From Macrostomum hystrix (taxonomy: Eukaryota; Animalia; Platyhelminthes), in contig CATNEN010000029.1 in assembly GCA_950097015.1 (NCBI GenBank), positions 3,906,001-3,970,000 of the forward strand: 64,000 bases of DNA. Direction: 5' to 3'. Below the pieces are notes generated by a model. It was not told the origin of the DNA and did no database searches. It worked only from the letters and a program-made list of their open reading frames with translations. Shown here piece after piece: positions 10,905-23,036 of this stretch (position 1 is its first letter; each line of letters starts with the position of its first letter). The translations under genes were made by a program, and so were the position numbers.

Positions 10905-13848
10905 TCAACCCTGGATTTGGAGTCGGTTCTGCCTGTTGATTTGTCCCCGCCTCAGGGTAGCCCACAGGACATTGAGGATGGGGACACGGCCCGGAGCGCG
11001 AGGCAGCTCCGGCTCGATGTGGAAGCCGTGCAGCCGAGCTGCTCTCATCTTGAGCAGCCAGGCCACACCGAGCTGTTTGACTCTGGCCGAGAGCATTGGC
11101 ATGCCGGCCATTTTGTGAAGGTACTCGGTGCTCAGGTAGGAAGGCACACCGTAGCAGATTCGCAGAGCAAGGTTCTGGATCTTTTGTAGCTTGATCTGAT
11201 TGGTGACGCAGATCAGAGTCAAGATTGGGGCGCCGTAGGTGAGAGCGCTCTCACCGTAGGCCCTGTACAGCATTCTGAGAGTGACGCTGCTCAGTTTGGT
11301 GATCTTGGCGATGCGGCACAGGGACATGACAATGGCCCTGCACGTATTCGCCATGTTGTCGACGTGTTTATTCAGGCAAAGATTGGCGTCGAGGAGGACA
11401 CCTAGAAATTTTACTTCCTGACAGTAGGGGACCACCGTCTGTCCCCAGCTGCAGTTTGGGTCGCAAGTCGGCGCGAGCTGTCGGCTTGTAGTTAAAGGCG
11501 ATGGCCTTGCTCTTGTCGGCATTCAGTCTGATGCCTTGCTTTCCGCACCACTCCCAGACTTGTCTGAGGTAGCTCTGGAGGCATGTCCGCAGACCAGCAA
11601 AGGTGTCTGCGGAGGCCCAGATGGCCATGTCGTCAGCAAATTGACTGCGTTTCACGTTTGGATTCTCAGGAATCGGCATTTTGCTGACGTACAGCAGGTA
11701 CAGGAGAGGACTCAAGATGCCTCCCTGAGGTACGCCAGCTAGGATTCTGATCAGCTCACTGAGCGAGTTGTTGACTCGCACCTGGATGTACCTGTTCCTG
11801 AGGTAGTCAGACAGGATGCGCGTCAGCATTGAAGGAAAGCCAGCGTTGAGCATGCGGCTCCTGAGCATGTCGTGCCAGGCAGAGTCAAAGGCCGCCTCTA
11901 CATCAAGGAAGACTGCAGCGGCCCTCTTTGCTTTGCACTTTGCGACCATCATGTCCTGCACCAGTCGGCACAGGTTGTCGTAGGTGGAGTGGACTTTGCG
12001 ATAAGCGCATTGGTCATCGCCAAGAATGTTCTTGTCTTCAAGGTATTTGGAGAGTCTCTTGGCAATCAGCTTCTCAAACACCTTGCCTAAGCAAGAGGTC
12101 AGGCTGATTGGCCTGTACGAGTTTGGATTGTCTGGCGGTTTTTCAGGCTTCGGGATCATTGTCACCACAGCTTTCTTCCAAGCGCTGGGGAAGATCCCTT
12201 GACTGAAGCAGGCGTTAAAGAGTCTGGTGATCCTGGTGATCGCCACGCCTTCAAGGCCGAGTTTGAGCACTCGATTGGGAATCTTATCCAGCCCGGGTGC
12301 TCCATCAGGCTTGAGGTGCTCAAGCTCCCACACTGTGTCGGCTACAGTGAATGCGGCTTCAAGCGGGTGAGTGGCTATGCCATTGATGTCGGCCGGAATC
12401 GGATAGAAAGCGATGAACTTGGCCACTTCGGCCACCTCCTGTTTTAGCTGGTCACAAGTTGATGGGACTGGGCGCATCTTTGAGTCCATGAGTGGCAGCG
12501 AGAAGGTTCGCTTTCTCCAGATCAGTGTGCGCACTGGTTTGACCCGAAGTGAGGGTTGGAATGGAGCTGGGCTTGAACTTGCCCATCAGCTTCCTGGTGT
12601 CATGCCAGAAGTTCTTGACCTTGCTGTTCTTGCTGTTCTCGACAACATTCTCACACAGCTTGGTGAGCTTGCCGCTCTGGAAGGAAGTGATTTCCCTTTT
12701 GATCCTGTTGGCCATTTGGTTGGCCAGCCTTTTAAAGTTTTTATCCCCGGTGCTGTTGAAGAGGCGTCTGAGTCGTCGGCGCTCTTTGATCAGCTCAAGG
12801 ATGTGCTTGGGCAGAGCATATCGGCCACCACAGTCTGGCACAGTCGACTCAATGACCGTGTGGATGGCTTTTGTGATGAGCTCGACCTCGGCGTCGATTT
12901 GCTGAGCACTTGATAGGCGAGTCGGCTGGTCAGGAAGAAGGGCTTCACTAATTCTCAGCCTGAACTGATCCCAGTCGGTTTTGGAAAAGTTTTTCGGCTT
13001 AGCGGGACCTGCCCACTTTGCCGACAGAATGTTGAGGGTGAGGATGATTGGCAGGTGGTCGCTGTCCAGGTCAGGACCGACTGCAAAGTCCTGCACAAAG
13101 GGCAGAAAGTCCTCCGTGGCCAGGCCGAGGTCCAAGACATTCCTGGAAGTGACGCCATTCTTGGTGGCGATTCTGGTGAACTGGCCAACTTGATTGAGGA
13201 TGGTGGGCGAGGTCGGACCTTCAGAGAGCCAGTCGTACAGCTCATGGCCAGCCTTGTTGTTGCTGCTGTCACCGCCAAGGAAGCGGTGTCTGGCATTGAG
13301 GTCGCCAAGGAGAACACTGCGTCTGCGCGAGACCAGGCTCTTGAGCAGGTTCAGGTTCAGGTGGTAAGGTGCCGGAGACCTGTACACCAGAGCCAGATTA
13401 AAGTCGGCACCGTGAGAGTTGTCAGACAGGCTGACGGTGCAGGAGATGGCTTCATGGTTCACGTTGTCGTAGTGCAAGCGAACATTTGTGAGTTTGACGC
13501 GCGGTGAGTGAGCAAGGAAGCAAGGCCGCGTCTGACATGCGGAGTGTCGTATCGGATGATGGAGTAGCCAGGGATCTGGACCGTGTGCGAACTCTTGAGA
13601 ATGGTTTCAGAGAAGAGAGCAATGTCTATCTCTTGACTAATGACCCATTGGGTGAGTTCTCTGCTTTTCGGGTGAAACCCTCTGCAGTTGAGGTGCATAA
13701 TTTTCAGACCCGTTGTCTGGGTAATAGGGTTCCCATTTAAATTGAGGAATTTCCAGTTTTCTGGTTTAGCTGCCTGGGCCCACGACCCCGGAGGCGGTGG
13801 AGGCCATGCCAGACACGTCCTGGAGGACAGCCCGCACAATGTCCTCAA
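10905..13848 (-). pseudogene. ORF2 of copy 3, frameshifted (probably a consensus artefact)
   Basis: Pieces 13459..13848, 12452..13477, 11368..12534 and 10905..11522 together reconstitute APE-RT. Insertions at ~13517, ~13522, ~12488 and ~11442 sit at sites polymorphic among the copies. Confidence 0.8.
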
Positions 13849-16516
13849 CCATTTTACTGGTCGATTCTACCGTGAGGAGCTCACCAGGCGGTCTGGACAG
13901 GGCCCGCACAATCACCTGGGTCAGAGAGCGGGTGAACAGGGGCAACAGCATGCTCACCATCTGCTTCAAGTCAGTTTGCTGCTGCTTGCTGCTGTGGCTC
14001 ACTGCCAGCGTCCAGGGAGGGTGCAGCCTCATTGGCGCTCGTGCACCTGGCGCTGACAGTCTCGGCGGCCAGGTCGGCTCCTGGCATCATCGGTGCTGAT
14101 GAACAGCGGCCGGATGGCGGCATTGACGGGCACGTTGCGGCGGCCTTGGCGCATCAGCCAGCCACTGTCCGAAGCGTCGGACATGTCGGCGGGCGCACTC
14201 GAGGCAGGCGGGGCATCCGTAGGCGCGGCTTCCGCTGCTCGCGCCGCAGCAGCTTTGGCCTCAGCTGCCGCCTTCGTCGCCTTGGCGTGCTCCTCCTGCG
14301 CAACAGTGCAGGCTCGGCTAGTCGTGCGGTGCTGACCACCGCAGTTGGAGCATGTCGCCGGGCCTTCGTGCTGGCAGTCCTTCCAGGCATGCGAGCCGCC
14401 GCAGATTCGGCATCGCAGCTCCGCCTGGCACTGAGCTGCACGGTGGCCGAACTGCTGGCAGCGCTGGCACTGCAGGGCGCGGATCGGCTCATCAGTGCGG
14501 CTCTCCTCACAGGCGAACCTCACAAAGTCAGTGCAGATTCCGTCACGGAAGGCACTGCTCGACGGTTGCACGCGACCTCGTGAAGACGCGCATGTACCGG
14601 GTGGCCTGCCCTGATGCTCGCGCACGGATCCGATGCACACTGGTGATGTCGAGCTTCAAGGACTCGCGGAGCATGCTGGCGAATTCGGCCTCCGTGAAGG
14701 AAAACGGCACGTCGAGCGCTACAAAGGTGAGTAGTGGCTGCTGCCGTACTCTGTCAGCGCCAGTCCGGTTGTCCAGCGGCCGTGATCGTGCTGGTCGACG
14801 CTCGACACGGTGTCCGAGGAGGCTGTCCTGACGCAGAGCACCGCCTAGAAAGACGTTGTAATCCCGCTCAGTGGCCGGGAATACTAGGTAGGCGGGCTGA
14901 TTGGCCATTTCGGCTGTGTTGACGGCACGGGCATCGCCGGCAAAGTTGGCCTGCAGCCAGGTGATGAAGGCGACCAGCTTGCCCGCCGCGTTTCGGTGAA
15001 CTTCAAAGACCACCGGTGGAATGGCAGCCTGTGGTCTTCGCAATGGAGCGCGGGCCGAAGCCACCTGCGCATAGGGCCGCGCTGTCGCAGCCTGGGTCGT
15101 TGAAGCCGTCGCCGCTGCCGCTGCCGCCGACGCCGCCGACGAACCCGTCACCGCGTTCGCCGACGCTGCCGCCGCACCCGCCGCTGCACCCCGGCCGCCG
15201 CCGCCACCTCGCGTGCCTCGCTGTCTGCCGCCGCCGCCACCGCGGCTGCCTCGCTGCTGACCGCCGCCGCCGCTCTGACCACGTGCGCCGCGCTGACCAC
15301 CGCCGCCGCGCTCTGCCTGCTGGTCTTGGGGTTGGCCTGGGTTGCCTTGCCGGTCGCTGAAGGGACCGCAGTCCAGTGGCTGGCTGTAGGTTGGGTCGTC
15401 GGTCGCCGCCCTCTTGCGCCGCAGCTCCGGCTTGGTGACGCGGAATGTCAGCGAGATCCGGACGCCGGTCTGGGTGCGAACTGCAGGCACCTGATGCTGC
15501 AGCCGCTTCTGACAGTTGCCTCCCATCAGGATCAGCGACCCAGGAAGCGTCGGAAATTTGTGCGTGACGTTGCCGTCACGTCGACGCAACATAAAAGTGC
15601 GCTCAGCGCCGAAAGAAACTGTAGCGATGGTCGGCTTGTCACCGAGCTCCCCCTCGTCATCCGCATGCCACGGAATCCGGTCCTCTGGCTCGGTGTAGAA
15701 GTTCACCAGAACGGAGTTGAACTTCGGGACCTCGAGCCCAGCATCGTCGTAAAGGAAGTCACGAATGTCTTCGATTACGGGATGCCAGGTTTGGTTCTCC
15801 TTCAGCTCAACCCCGCTGTAGGTGTACGCCGGGCCGATCCAGAAGACACGGCGCTGCTCGTGCGGGCGATGACGGAAGGCGAGTGGGAGCACGTCTTCTA
15901 TCAGGCGCTGGTAGATCTGGTCGGCGACCTCGCCAAGAAAGTAGGGCGCATAGACGATGTTGCAGTCACCCGCGTAGCTCGTCTTCTGACACTCGCTGAA
16001 GTCCGGCTCGTCAGGGAAGACGATCTGCGAGATGTCGGCGTCTGACTGTGCAGCGGTGGCCTTCGGAATTGTCGTCTGGGCACTCGCAGCCGACTCGGAT
16101 GCTGTTGGCGCTGGCGCAGGTGCTGCCGCAGCCTCAGTCTGTTGAGCAACCGTCTCGGCTGCCTCGGCTTCATCAACGGACATTTCGTTTAATTCAGCGG
16201 TCGCGGGGGCCGCAGTCCCTGCTGGAGGCTCGTCTTCGACGATGACAAGCCGACCATCTGGCGGGCTGAGCGAGCCGCGGTCTTGGTCGCAGTTGGCCGG
16301 TTCTAAAATCTCGCTGGCCGGCATCGGAGTCGACATCAGCGCTGTCGCGACCTTCGGCTGTAGCTTGCGACTGGCATCCTCAGTGCGGCCGTACCGATGC
16401 TCGAGCGAGGGGCGGCCGTCGTGTTTTTTTGCAGTGGCGCTATTCGCAGCCATGTGGTGTGATTTCTCACTAGTGCAGTCTGGGTGAGCAAAATAAACAA
16501 AGGGGGTAGGTGGCAC
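13766..16516 (-). pseudogene. ORF1 of copy 3, frameshifted; AlkB domain (15431-15973) intact
   Basis: Pieces 14543..16516, 14029..14640 and 13766..14032. First ATG at 16453. Confidence 0.8.
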
Positions 16517-17409
16517 GCAAAGTGCGCACTCAATGGAGGGGGTGGGGTGACAACTAGACTAAAACAACAAGGACAGGGGGAGAGAAAAACATCAAAATAA
16601 AGCTAAAGCAGTTAAGAAAATACAAAGGACACTATAGGGAGCTTACTGGTGTACTTTAAAAGTACCCCCTTCTTGGAATGGGGTTGCACAAATCAAGGAA
16701 CACTCAATGAATGTACCTCTCCACGGAAATCTTTGTTGTTAAAACGAATTCCCCGAAGTACTGGGGAGCGGGTCAGTTCCGAGGAACTCTGCCGCTATAT
16801 TTTTTTAATATATTTAATCGAAATTTATTTAAAATATACAAGCGTTTCGATCTGGATTATACGAATATTGAAAATAAAAATAAAACAATAAAACAATAAT
16901 TCAATATTTGGCAATATTTGGGCACGCATTGGAAGATAAAAGGGGAGAAATATACAAAGGGAATCCCGCACAAAGAAGGGATCTAATAAAAAAGGGAAAT
17001 CTAAAAAGCATGCATGCAAGATATTTGTGAGCGCAATTAAAAGCAATTAGAATATTTGTTAACAAAAATAGAAAATAAAAATAGTAAATAAAACATGAAA
17101 TGCGAATTAAAAACATTTCTAGGCAATGCGGTACATATTACGTATAAAAATAGGCAAAAGTAAAAAGAAAGGATTTATTTGGGAATTAAAAACTCTGGTG
17201 TGTAAAGAGCTAGCAGTTTATGAGCAAATAGCAACATAACAAAAGCAAAAAGTACTTTTTAGGCAATAAAATCACGTTAATCAGTTGAAAAAACGTAAAG
17301 AATATAATATCATAGCAGCTGAGCACTGCTCACCAGCCCTCTTGAGCTCAGGCAGCTATTTGAGTTTCATTTTGGTTTTTCTTTCAGGGCCATAGTTGTC
17401 AGAGACTGC

Positions 17410-20400
17410 TCAACCCTGGATTTGGAGTCGGTTCTGCCTGTTGATTTGTCCCCGCCTCAGGGTAGCCCACAGGACATTGAGGATGGGGACTCGGCCCGGA
17501 GCGCGAGGCAGCTCCGGCTCGATGTGGAAGCCGTGCAGCCGAGCTGCTCTCATCTTGAGCAGCCAGGCCACACCGAGCTGTTTGACTCTGGCCGAGAGCA
17601 TTGGCATGCCGGCCATTTTGTGAAGGTACTCGGTGCTCAGGTAGGAAGGCACACCGTAGCAGATTCGCAGAGCAAGGTTCTGGATCTTTTGTAGCTTGAT
17701 CTGGTTGGTGACGCAGATCAGAGTCAAGATTGGGGCGCCGTAGGTGAGAGCGCTCTCACCGTAGGCCCTGTACAGCATCTTGAGAGTGACGCTGCTCAGC
17801 TTGGTGATCTTAGCGATGCGGCACAGGGACATGACAATGGCCCTGCACGTATTCGCCATGTTGTCGACGTGTTTATTTAGGCAAAGATTGGCGTCGAGGA
17901 GGACGCCTAGAAATTTTACTTCCTGACAGTAGGGGACCTCCGTCTGCCCCAGCTGCAGTTTGGGTCGCAAGTCGGCGCGAGCTGTCGGCTTGTAGTTGAA
18001 GGCGATGGCCTTGCTCTTGTCGGCATTCAGTCTGATGCCTTGCTTTCCGCACCACTCCCAGACTTGTCTGAGGTAGCTCTGGAGGCATGTCCGCAGACCA
18101 GCAAAGGTGTCTGCGGAGGCCCAGATGGCCATGTCGTCAGCAAATTGACTGCGTTTCACGTTTGGATTCTCAGGAATCGGCATTGTGCTGACGTACAGCA
18201 GGTACAGGAGAGGACTCAAGATGCCTCCCTGAGGTACGCCAGCTAGGATTCTGATCAGCTCACTGAGCGAGTTGTTGACTCGCACCTGGATGTACCTGTT
18301 CCTGAGGTAGTCAGACAGGATGCGCGTCAGCATTGAAGGAAAGCCAGCGTTGAGCATGCGGCTCCTGAGCATGTCGTGCCAGGCAGAGTCAAAGGCCGCC
18401 TCTACATCAAGGAAGACTGCAGCGGCCCTCTTTGCTTTGCACTTTGCGACCATCATGTCCTGCACCAGTCGGCACAGGTTGTCGTAGGTGGAGTGGACTT
18501 TGCGATAAGCGCATTGGTCATCGCCAGAAATGTTCTTGTCCTCAAGGTATTTGGAGAGTCTCTTGGCAATCAGCTTCTCAAACACCTTGCCTAAGCAAGA
18601 GGTCAGGCTGATTGGCCTGTACGAGTTTGGATTGTCTGGCGGTTTGTCAGGCTTCGGGATCATTGTCACCACAGCTTTCTTCCAAGCGCTGGGGAAGATC
18701 CCTTGACTGAAGCAGGCGTTAAAGAGTTTGGTGATCCTGGTGATCGCCACGCCTTCAAGGCCGAGTTTGAGCACTCGATTGGGAATCTTATCCAGCCCGG
18801 GTGCTCCATCAGGCTTGAGGTGCTCAAGCTCCCACACTGTGTCGGCTACAGTGAATGCGGCTTCAAGCGGGTGAGTGGCTATGCCATTGATGTCGGCCGG
18901 AATCGGATAGAAAGCGATGAACTTGGCCACTTCGGCCACCTCCTGTTTGAGCTGCTCGCAAGTGGATGGGACTGGGCGCATCTTTGAGTCCAGAGTGGCA
19001 GCGAGAAGGTTCGCTTTCTCCAGATCAGTGTGCGCACTGGTTTGACCCGAAGTGAGGGTTGGGATGGAGCTGGGCTTGAACTTGCCCATCAGCTTCCTGG
19101 TGTCATGCCAGAAGTTCTTGACCTTGCTGTTCTTGCTGTTTCTCGACAACATTCTCACACAGCTTGGTGAGCTTGCCGCTCTGGAAGGAAGTGATTTCCC
19201 TTTTGATCCTGTTGGCCATTTGGTTGGCCAGCCTTTTAAAGTTTTCATCCCGGGTGCTGTTGAAGAGGCGTCTCAGCCGTCGGCGCTCTCTAATCAGCTC
19301 AAGGATGTGCTTGGGCAGAGCATTTCGGCCACCACAGTCTGGCACAGTCGACTCAATGACCGTGTGGATGGCCTTTGTGATGAGCTCGACCTCGGCGTCG
19401 ATTTGCTGAGCACTCGATAGGCGAGTCGGCTGGTCAGGAAGAAGGGCTTCACTGATCTTCAGCCTGAACTGATCCCAGTCGGTTTTGGAAAAGTTTTTCG
19501 GCTTAGCGGGACCTGCCCACTTTGCCGACTGAATGTTGAGGGTGAGGATGATTGGCAGGTGGTCGCTGTCCAGGTCAGGACCGACTGCAAAGTCCTGCAC
19601 AAAGGGCAGAAAGTCCTCCGTGGCCAGGCCGAGGTCCAAGACATTCCTGGAAGTGACGCCATTCTTGGTGGCGATTCTGGTGAACTGGCCAACTTGATTG
19701 AGGATGGTGGGCGAGGCCAGACCTTCAGAGAGCCAGTCGTACAGCTCATGGCCAGCCCTGTTGTTGCTGCTGTCACCGCCAAGGAAGCGGTGTCTGGCAT
19801 TGAGGTCGCCAAGGAGAACACTGCGTCTGCGCGAGACCAGGCTCTTGAGCAGGTTCAGGTTCAGGTGGTAAGGTGCCGGAGACCTGTACACCAGAGCCAG
19901 ATTAAAGTCGGCACCGTGGGAGTTGTCAGACAGGCAGACAGTGCAGGAGATGGCTTCATGGTTCACATTGTCGTAGTGCAAGCGAACATTTGTGAGTTTC
20001 ACGCGCGGTGAGTGAGCAAGGAGCAGGCCGCGTCTGACATGCGGAGTGTCGTACCGGATGATGGAGTAGCCAGGGATCTGGACCGTGTGCGAACTCTTGA
20101 GAATGGTTTCAGAGAAGAGAGCAATGTCTATCTCTTGACTAATGACCCATTGGGTGAGTTCTCTGCTTTTCGGGTGAAACCCTCTGCAGTTGAGGTGCAT
20201 AATTTTCAGACCCGTTGTCTGGGTAATAGGGTTCCCATTTAAATTGAGGAATTTACAGTTTTCTGGTTTAGCTGCCTGGGCCCACGACCACGGTGGCGGT
20301 GGAGGCCATGCCAGACACGTCCTGGAGGACAGCCCGCACAATGTCCTCAACCATTTTACTGGTCGATTCCACTGTGAGGAGCTCACCAGGCGGTCTGGAC

Positions 20401-20413
20401 AGGGCCCGCACAA
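17410..20413 (-). pseudogene. ORF2 of copy 4 (APE-RT) with one frameshift near 19,140
   Basis: ORFs 19103..20413 and 17410..19248. Plus-strand 'gctgtttctc' versus 'gctgttctc' in the other copies (extra T in a T run; may be a sequencing error). Confidence 0.82.
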
Positions 20414-23036
20414 TCACCTGGGTCAGAGAGCGGGTGATCAGGGGCAACAGCATGCTCACCATCTGCTTCAAGTCAGTCTGCTGCTGCTGCTGTGGCTCAC
20501 TGCCAGCGTCCAGGGAGGGTGCAGCCTCATTGGCGCTCGTGCACCTGGTGCTGACAGTCTCGGCAGCCGGTCGGCTCCTGGCATCATCGTTGCTGATGAA
20601 CAGCGGCCGGATGGCGGCATTGACGGGCACGTTGCGGCGGCCTTGGCGCATCAGCCAGCCACTGTCCGAAGCGTCGGACACGTCGGCGGGCGCACTCGAG
20701 GCAGGCGGAGCATCCGTAGCCGCGGCTTCCGCAGCTCGCGCCGCAGCAGCTTTGGCCTCAGCTGCCGCCTTCGTCGCCTTGGCGTGCTCCTCCTGCGCAA
20801 CAGTGCAGGCTCGGCTGGTCGTGCGGTGCTGACCACCGCAGTTGGAGCATGTCGCCGGGCCTTCGTGCTGGCAGTCCTTCCAGGCATGCGAGCCGCCGCA
20901 GATTCGGCATCGCAGCTCCACCTGGCACTGAGCTGCACGGTGGCCGAACTGCTGGCAGCGCTGGCACTGCAGGGCGCGGACCGGCTCGTCGGTGCGGCTC
21001 TCTTCGCAGCTGAACTTCAGAAAGTCAGTGCAGATGCCTTCGCGAAGGCACTGGTCGAATGTCGCTCTCGACTTCGTAAAGATGCGCATGTACCGGGTGG
21101 CCTGCCCGGATGCTCGCGCACGGATCCGATGCACACTCGTGATGTCGAGCTTCAGGGACTCGCGGAGCATGCTGGCGAATTCGGCTTCCGTGAAGGAAAA
21201 CGGCACGTCGAGCGCCACAAAGGTGAGCAGTGGCTGCTGCCGTACTCTGTCAGCGCCAGTCCGGTTGTCCAGCGGCCGTGATCGTGCTGGTCGACGCTCG
21301 ACACGGTGTCCGAGGAGGCTGTCCTGACGCAGAGCACCGCCTAGGAAGACGTTGTAATCCCGCTCAGTGGCCGGGAATACTAGGTAGGCGGGCTGATTGG
21401 CCATTTCGGCTGTGTTGACGGCACGGGCATCGCCGGCAAAGTTGGCCTGCAGCCAGGTGATGAAGGCCACCAGCTTGCCCGCCGCGTTTCGGTGCACTTC
21501 AAAGACCACCGGTGGAATGGCAGCCTGGGGTCTTCGCAATGGAGCGCGGGCCGAAGCCACCTGCGCATAGGGCCGCGCTGTCGCAGCCTGGGTCGTTGAA
21601 GCAGCCGCCGCTGCCGCCGCCGCCGACGCCGCCGACGAACCCGTCACCGCGGTCGCCGACGCTGCCGCCGCACCAGCCGCCGCACCTCGGCCGCCGCCGC
21701 CACCTCGCGTGCCTCGCTGTCTGCCGCCGCCGCCACCGCGGCTGCCTCGCTGCTGACCGCCGCCGCCGCGCTGACCACGTGCGCCGCGCTGACCGCCGCC
21801 GCCGCGCTCTGCCTGCTGGTCCTGGGGCTGGCCTGGGTTGCCTTGCCGGTCGCCGAAGGGACCGCAGTCCAGTGGCTGGCTGTAGGTTGGGTCGTCGGTC
21901 GCCGCCCTCTTGCGCCGCAGCTCCGGCTTGGTGACGCGGAACGTCAGTGAGATGCGGACGCCGGTCTGGGTGCGAACTGCAGGCACCTGATGCTGCAGCC
22001 GCTTTTGACAATTGCCTCCCATAAGGATCAGCGATCCCGGGAGCGTCTGAAATCGATGCGTGACGTTTCCGTCACGTCGACGCAACATAAAAGTGCGCTC
22101 AGCGCCGAACGACACTGTAGCGATGGTCGGCTTGTCGCCGAGCTCCTCCTCGTCATCCGCATGCCACGGAATCCGGTCCTCCGGCTCGGTGTAGAAGTTC
22201 ACCAGAACGGAGTTGAACTTCGGGACCTCGAGCCCAGCATCGTCGTAAAGGAAGTCACGAATGTCTTCGATTACTGGATGCCAGGTTTGATTTTCCTTCA
22301 GCTCAACCCCGCTGTAGGTGTACGCCGGGCCGATCCAGAAGACACGGCGCTGCTCGTGCGGGCGATGACGGAAGGCGAGTGGGAGCACGTCTGCCATCAG
22401 GCGCTGGTATATTTGGTCAGCGACCTCGCCAAGAAAGTAGGGCGCGTAGACGATGGTGCAGTCGCCCGCGTAGGTCGTCTGCTGGCACTCGCTGAAGTCC
22501 GGCTCGTCAGGGAAGACGATCTGCGAGATGTCGGCGTCTGACTGTGCAGCGGTGGGCTTCGGAATTGTCGTCTGGGCAATAGCAGCCGACTCGGATGCTG
22601 TTGGCGCTGGCGCAGGTGCTGCCGCAGCCTCAGTCTGTTGAGCAGCCGTCTCGGCTGCCTCGGCTTCATCGACGGACATTCTGTCGGCCGTCTCGTTTGA
22701 GTCCGCAGTCGCGGGGGCCGCAGTCACTGCTGGAGGCTCGTCTTCGACGATGACAAGCCGACCTTCTGGTGGGCTGAACGAGCCGCGGTCTTGGGCGCTG
22801 TTGGCCGGTTCTGAGGTCTCGCTGGCCGGCGTCGGAGTCGACATCAGCGCTGTCGCGACCTTCGGCTGCAGCTTGCGACTGGCGTCTTCGGTGCGGCCGT
22901 ACCGATGCTCGAGCGAGGGGCGGCCGTCGTGTTTTTTTGAAGTTGTGGCGCGATTCGCAGCCATATGGCGTGATTTCTCACTGGTGCAAGGTAAACAAAA
23001 TAAGCAAAGGGGGCAGGTGGCACACAAAGTGCGCAC
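20268..23036 (-). CDS. ORF1 of copy 4: AlkB + RGG + CCHC gag-like protein
   Basis: 922-aa ORF (898 aa from ATG at 22964). AlkB domain at 21927-22469 with H292, D294, H349, R361, R367 (ORF numbering). Zinc knuckles at 20805-20972. Confidence 0.93.
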   Translation of the reverse strand: MRTLCATCPLCLFCLPCTSEKSRHMAANRATTSKKHDGRPSLEHRYGRTEDASRKLQPKVATALMSTPTPASETSEPANSAQDRGSFSPPEGRLVIVEDEPPAVTAAPATADSNETADRMSVDEAEAAETAAQQTEAAAAPAPAPTASESAAIAQTTIPKPTAAQSDADISQIVFPDEPDFSECQQTTYAGDCTIVYAPYFLGEVADQIYQRLMADVLPLAFRHRPHEQRRVFWIGPAYTYSGVELKENQTWHPVIEDIRDFLYDDAGLEVPKFNSVLVNFYTEPEDRIPWHADDEEELGDKPTIATVSFGAERTFMLRRRDGNVTHRFQTLPGSLILMGGNCQKRLQHQVPAVRTQTGVRISLTFRVTKPELRRKRAATDDPTYSQPLDCGPFGDRQGNPGQPQDQQAERGGGGQRGARGQRGGGGQQRGSRGGGGGRQRGTRGGGGGRGAAAGAAAASATAVTGSSAASAAAAAAAASTTQAATARPYAQVASARAPLRRPQAAIPPVVFEVHRNAAGKLVAFITWLQANFAGDARAVNTAEMANQPAYLVFPATERDYNVFLGGALRQDSLLGHRVERRPARSRPLDNRTGADRVRQQPLLTFVALDVPFSFTEAEFASMLRESLKLDITSVHRIRARASGQATRYMRIFTKSRATFDQCLREGICTDFLKFSCEESRTDEPVRALQCQRCQQFGHRAAQCQVELRCRICGGSHAWKDCQHEGPATCSNCGGQHRTTSRACTVAQEEHAKATKAAAEAKAAAARAAEAAATDAPPASSAPADVSDASDSGWLMRQGRRNVPVNAAIRPLFISNDDARSRPAAETVSTRCTSANEAAPSLDAGSEPQQQQQTDLKQMVSMLLPLITRSLTQVIVRALSRPPGELLTVESTSKMVEDIVRAVLQDVSGMASTATVVVGPGS

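Larger units (their letters stand above)
10471..16728 (-). mobile_element. AlkB-carrying LINE, copy 3 (subfamily B ends, A/B mosaic interior, frameshifted)
   Basis: B-type 5' UTR and 434-nt B-type 3' UTR. Both ORFs are broken into pieces by single-base insertions. Confidence 0.92.
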
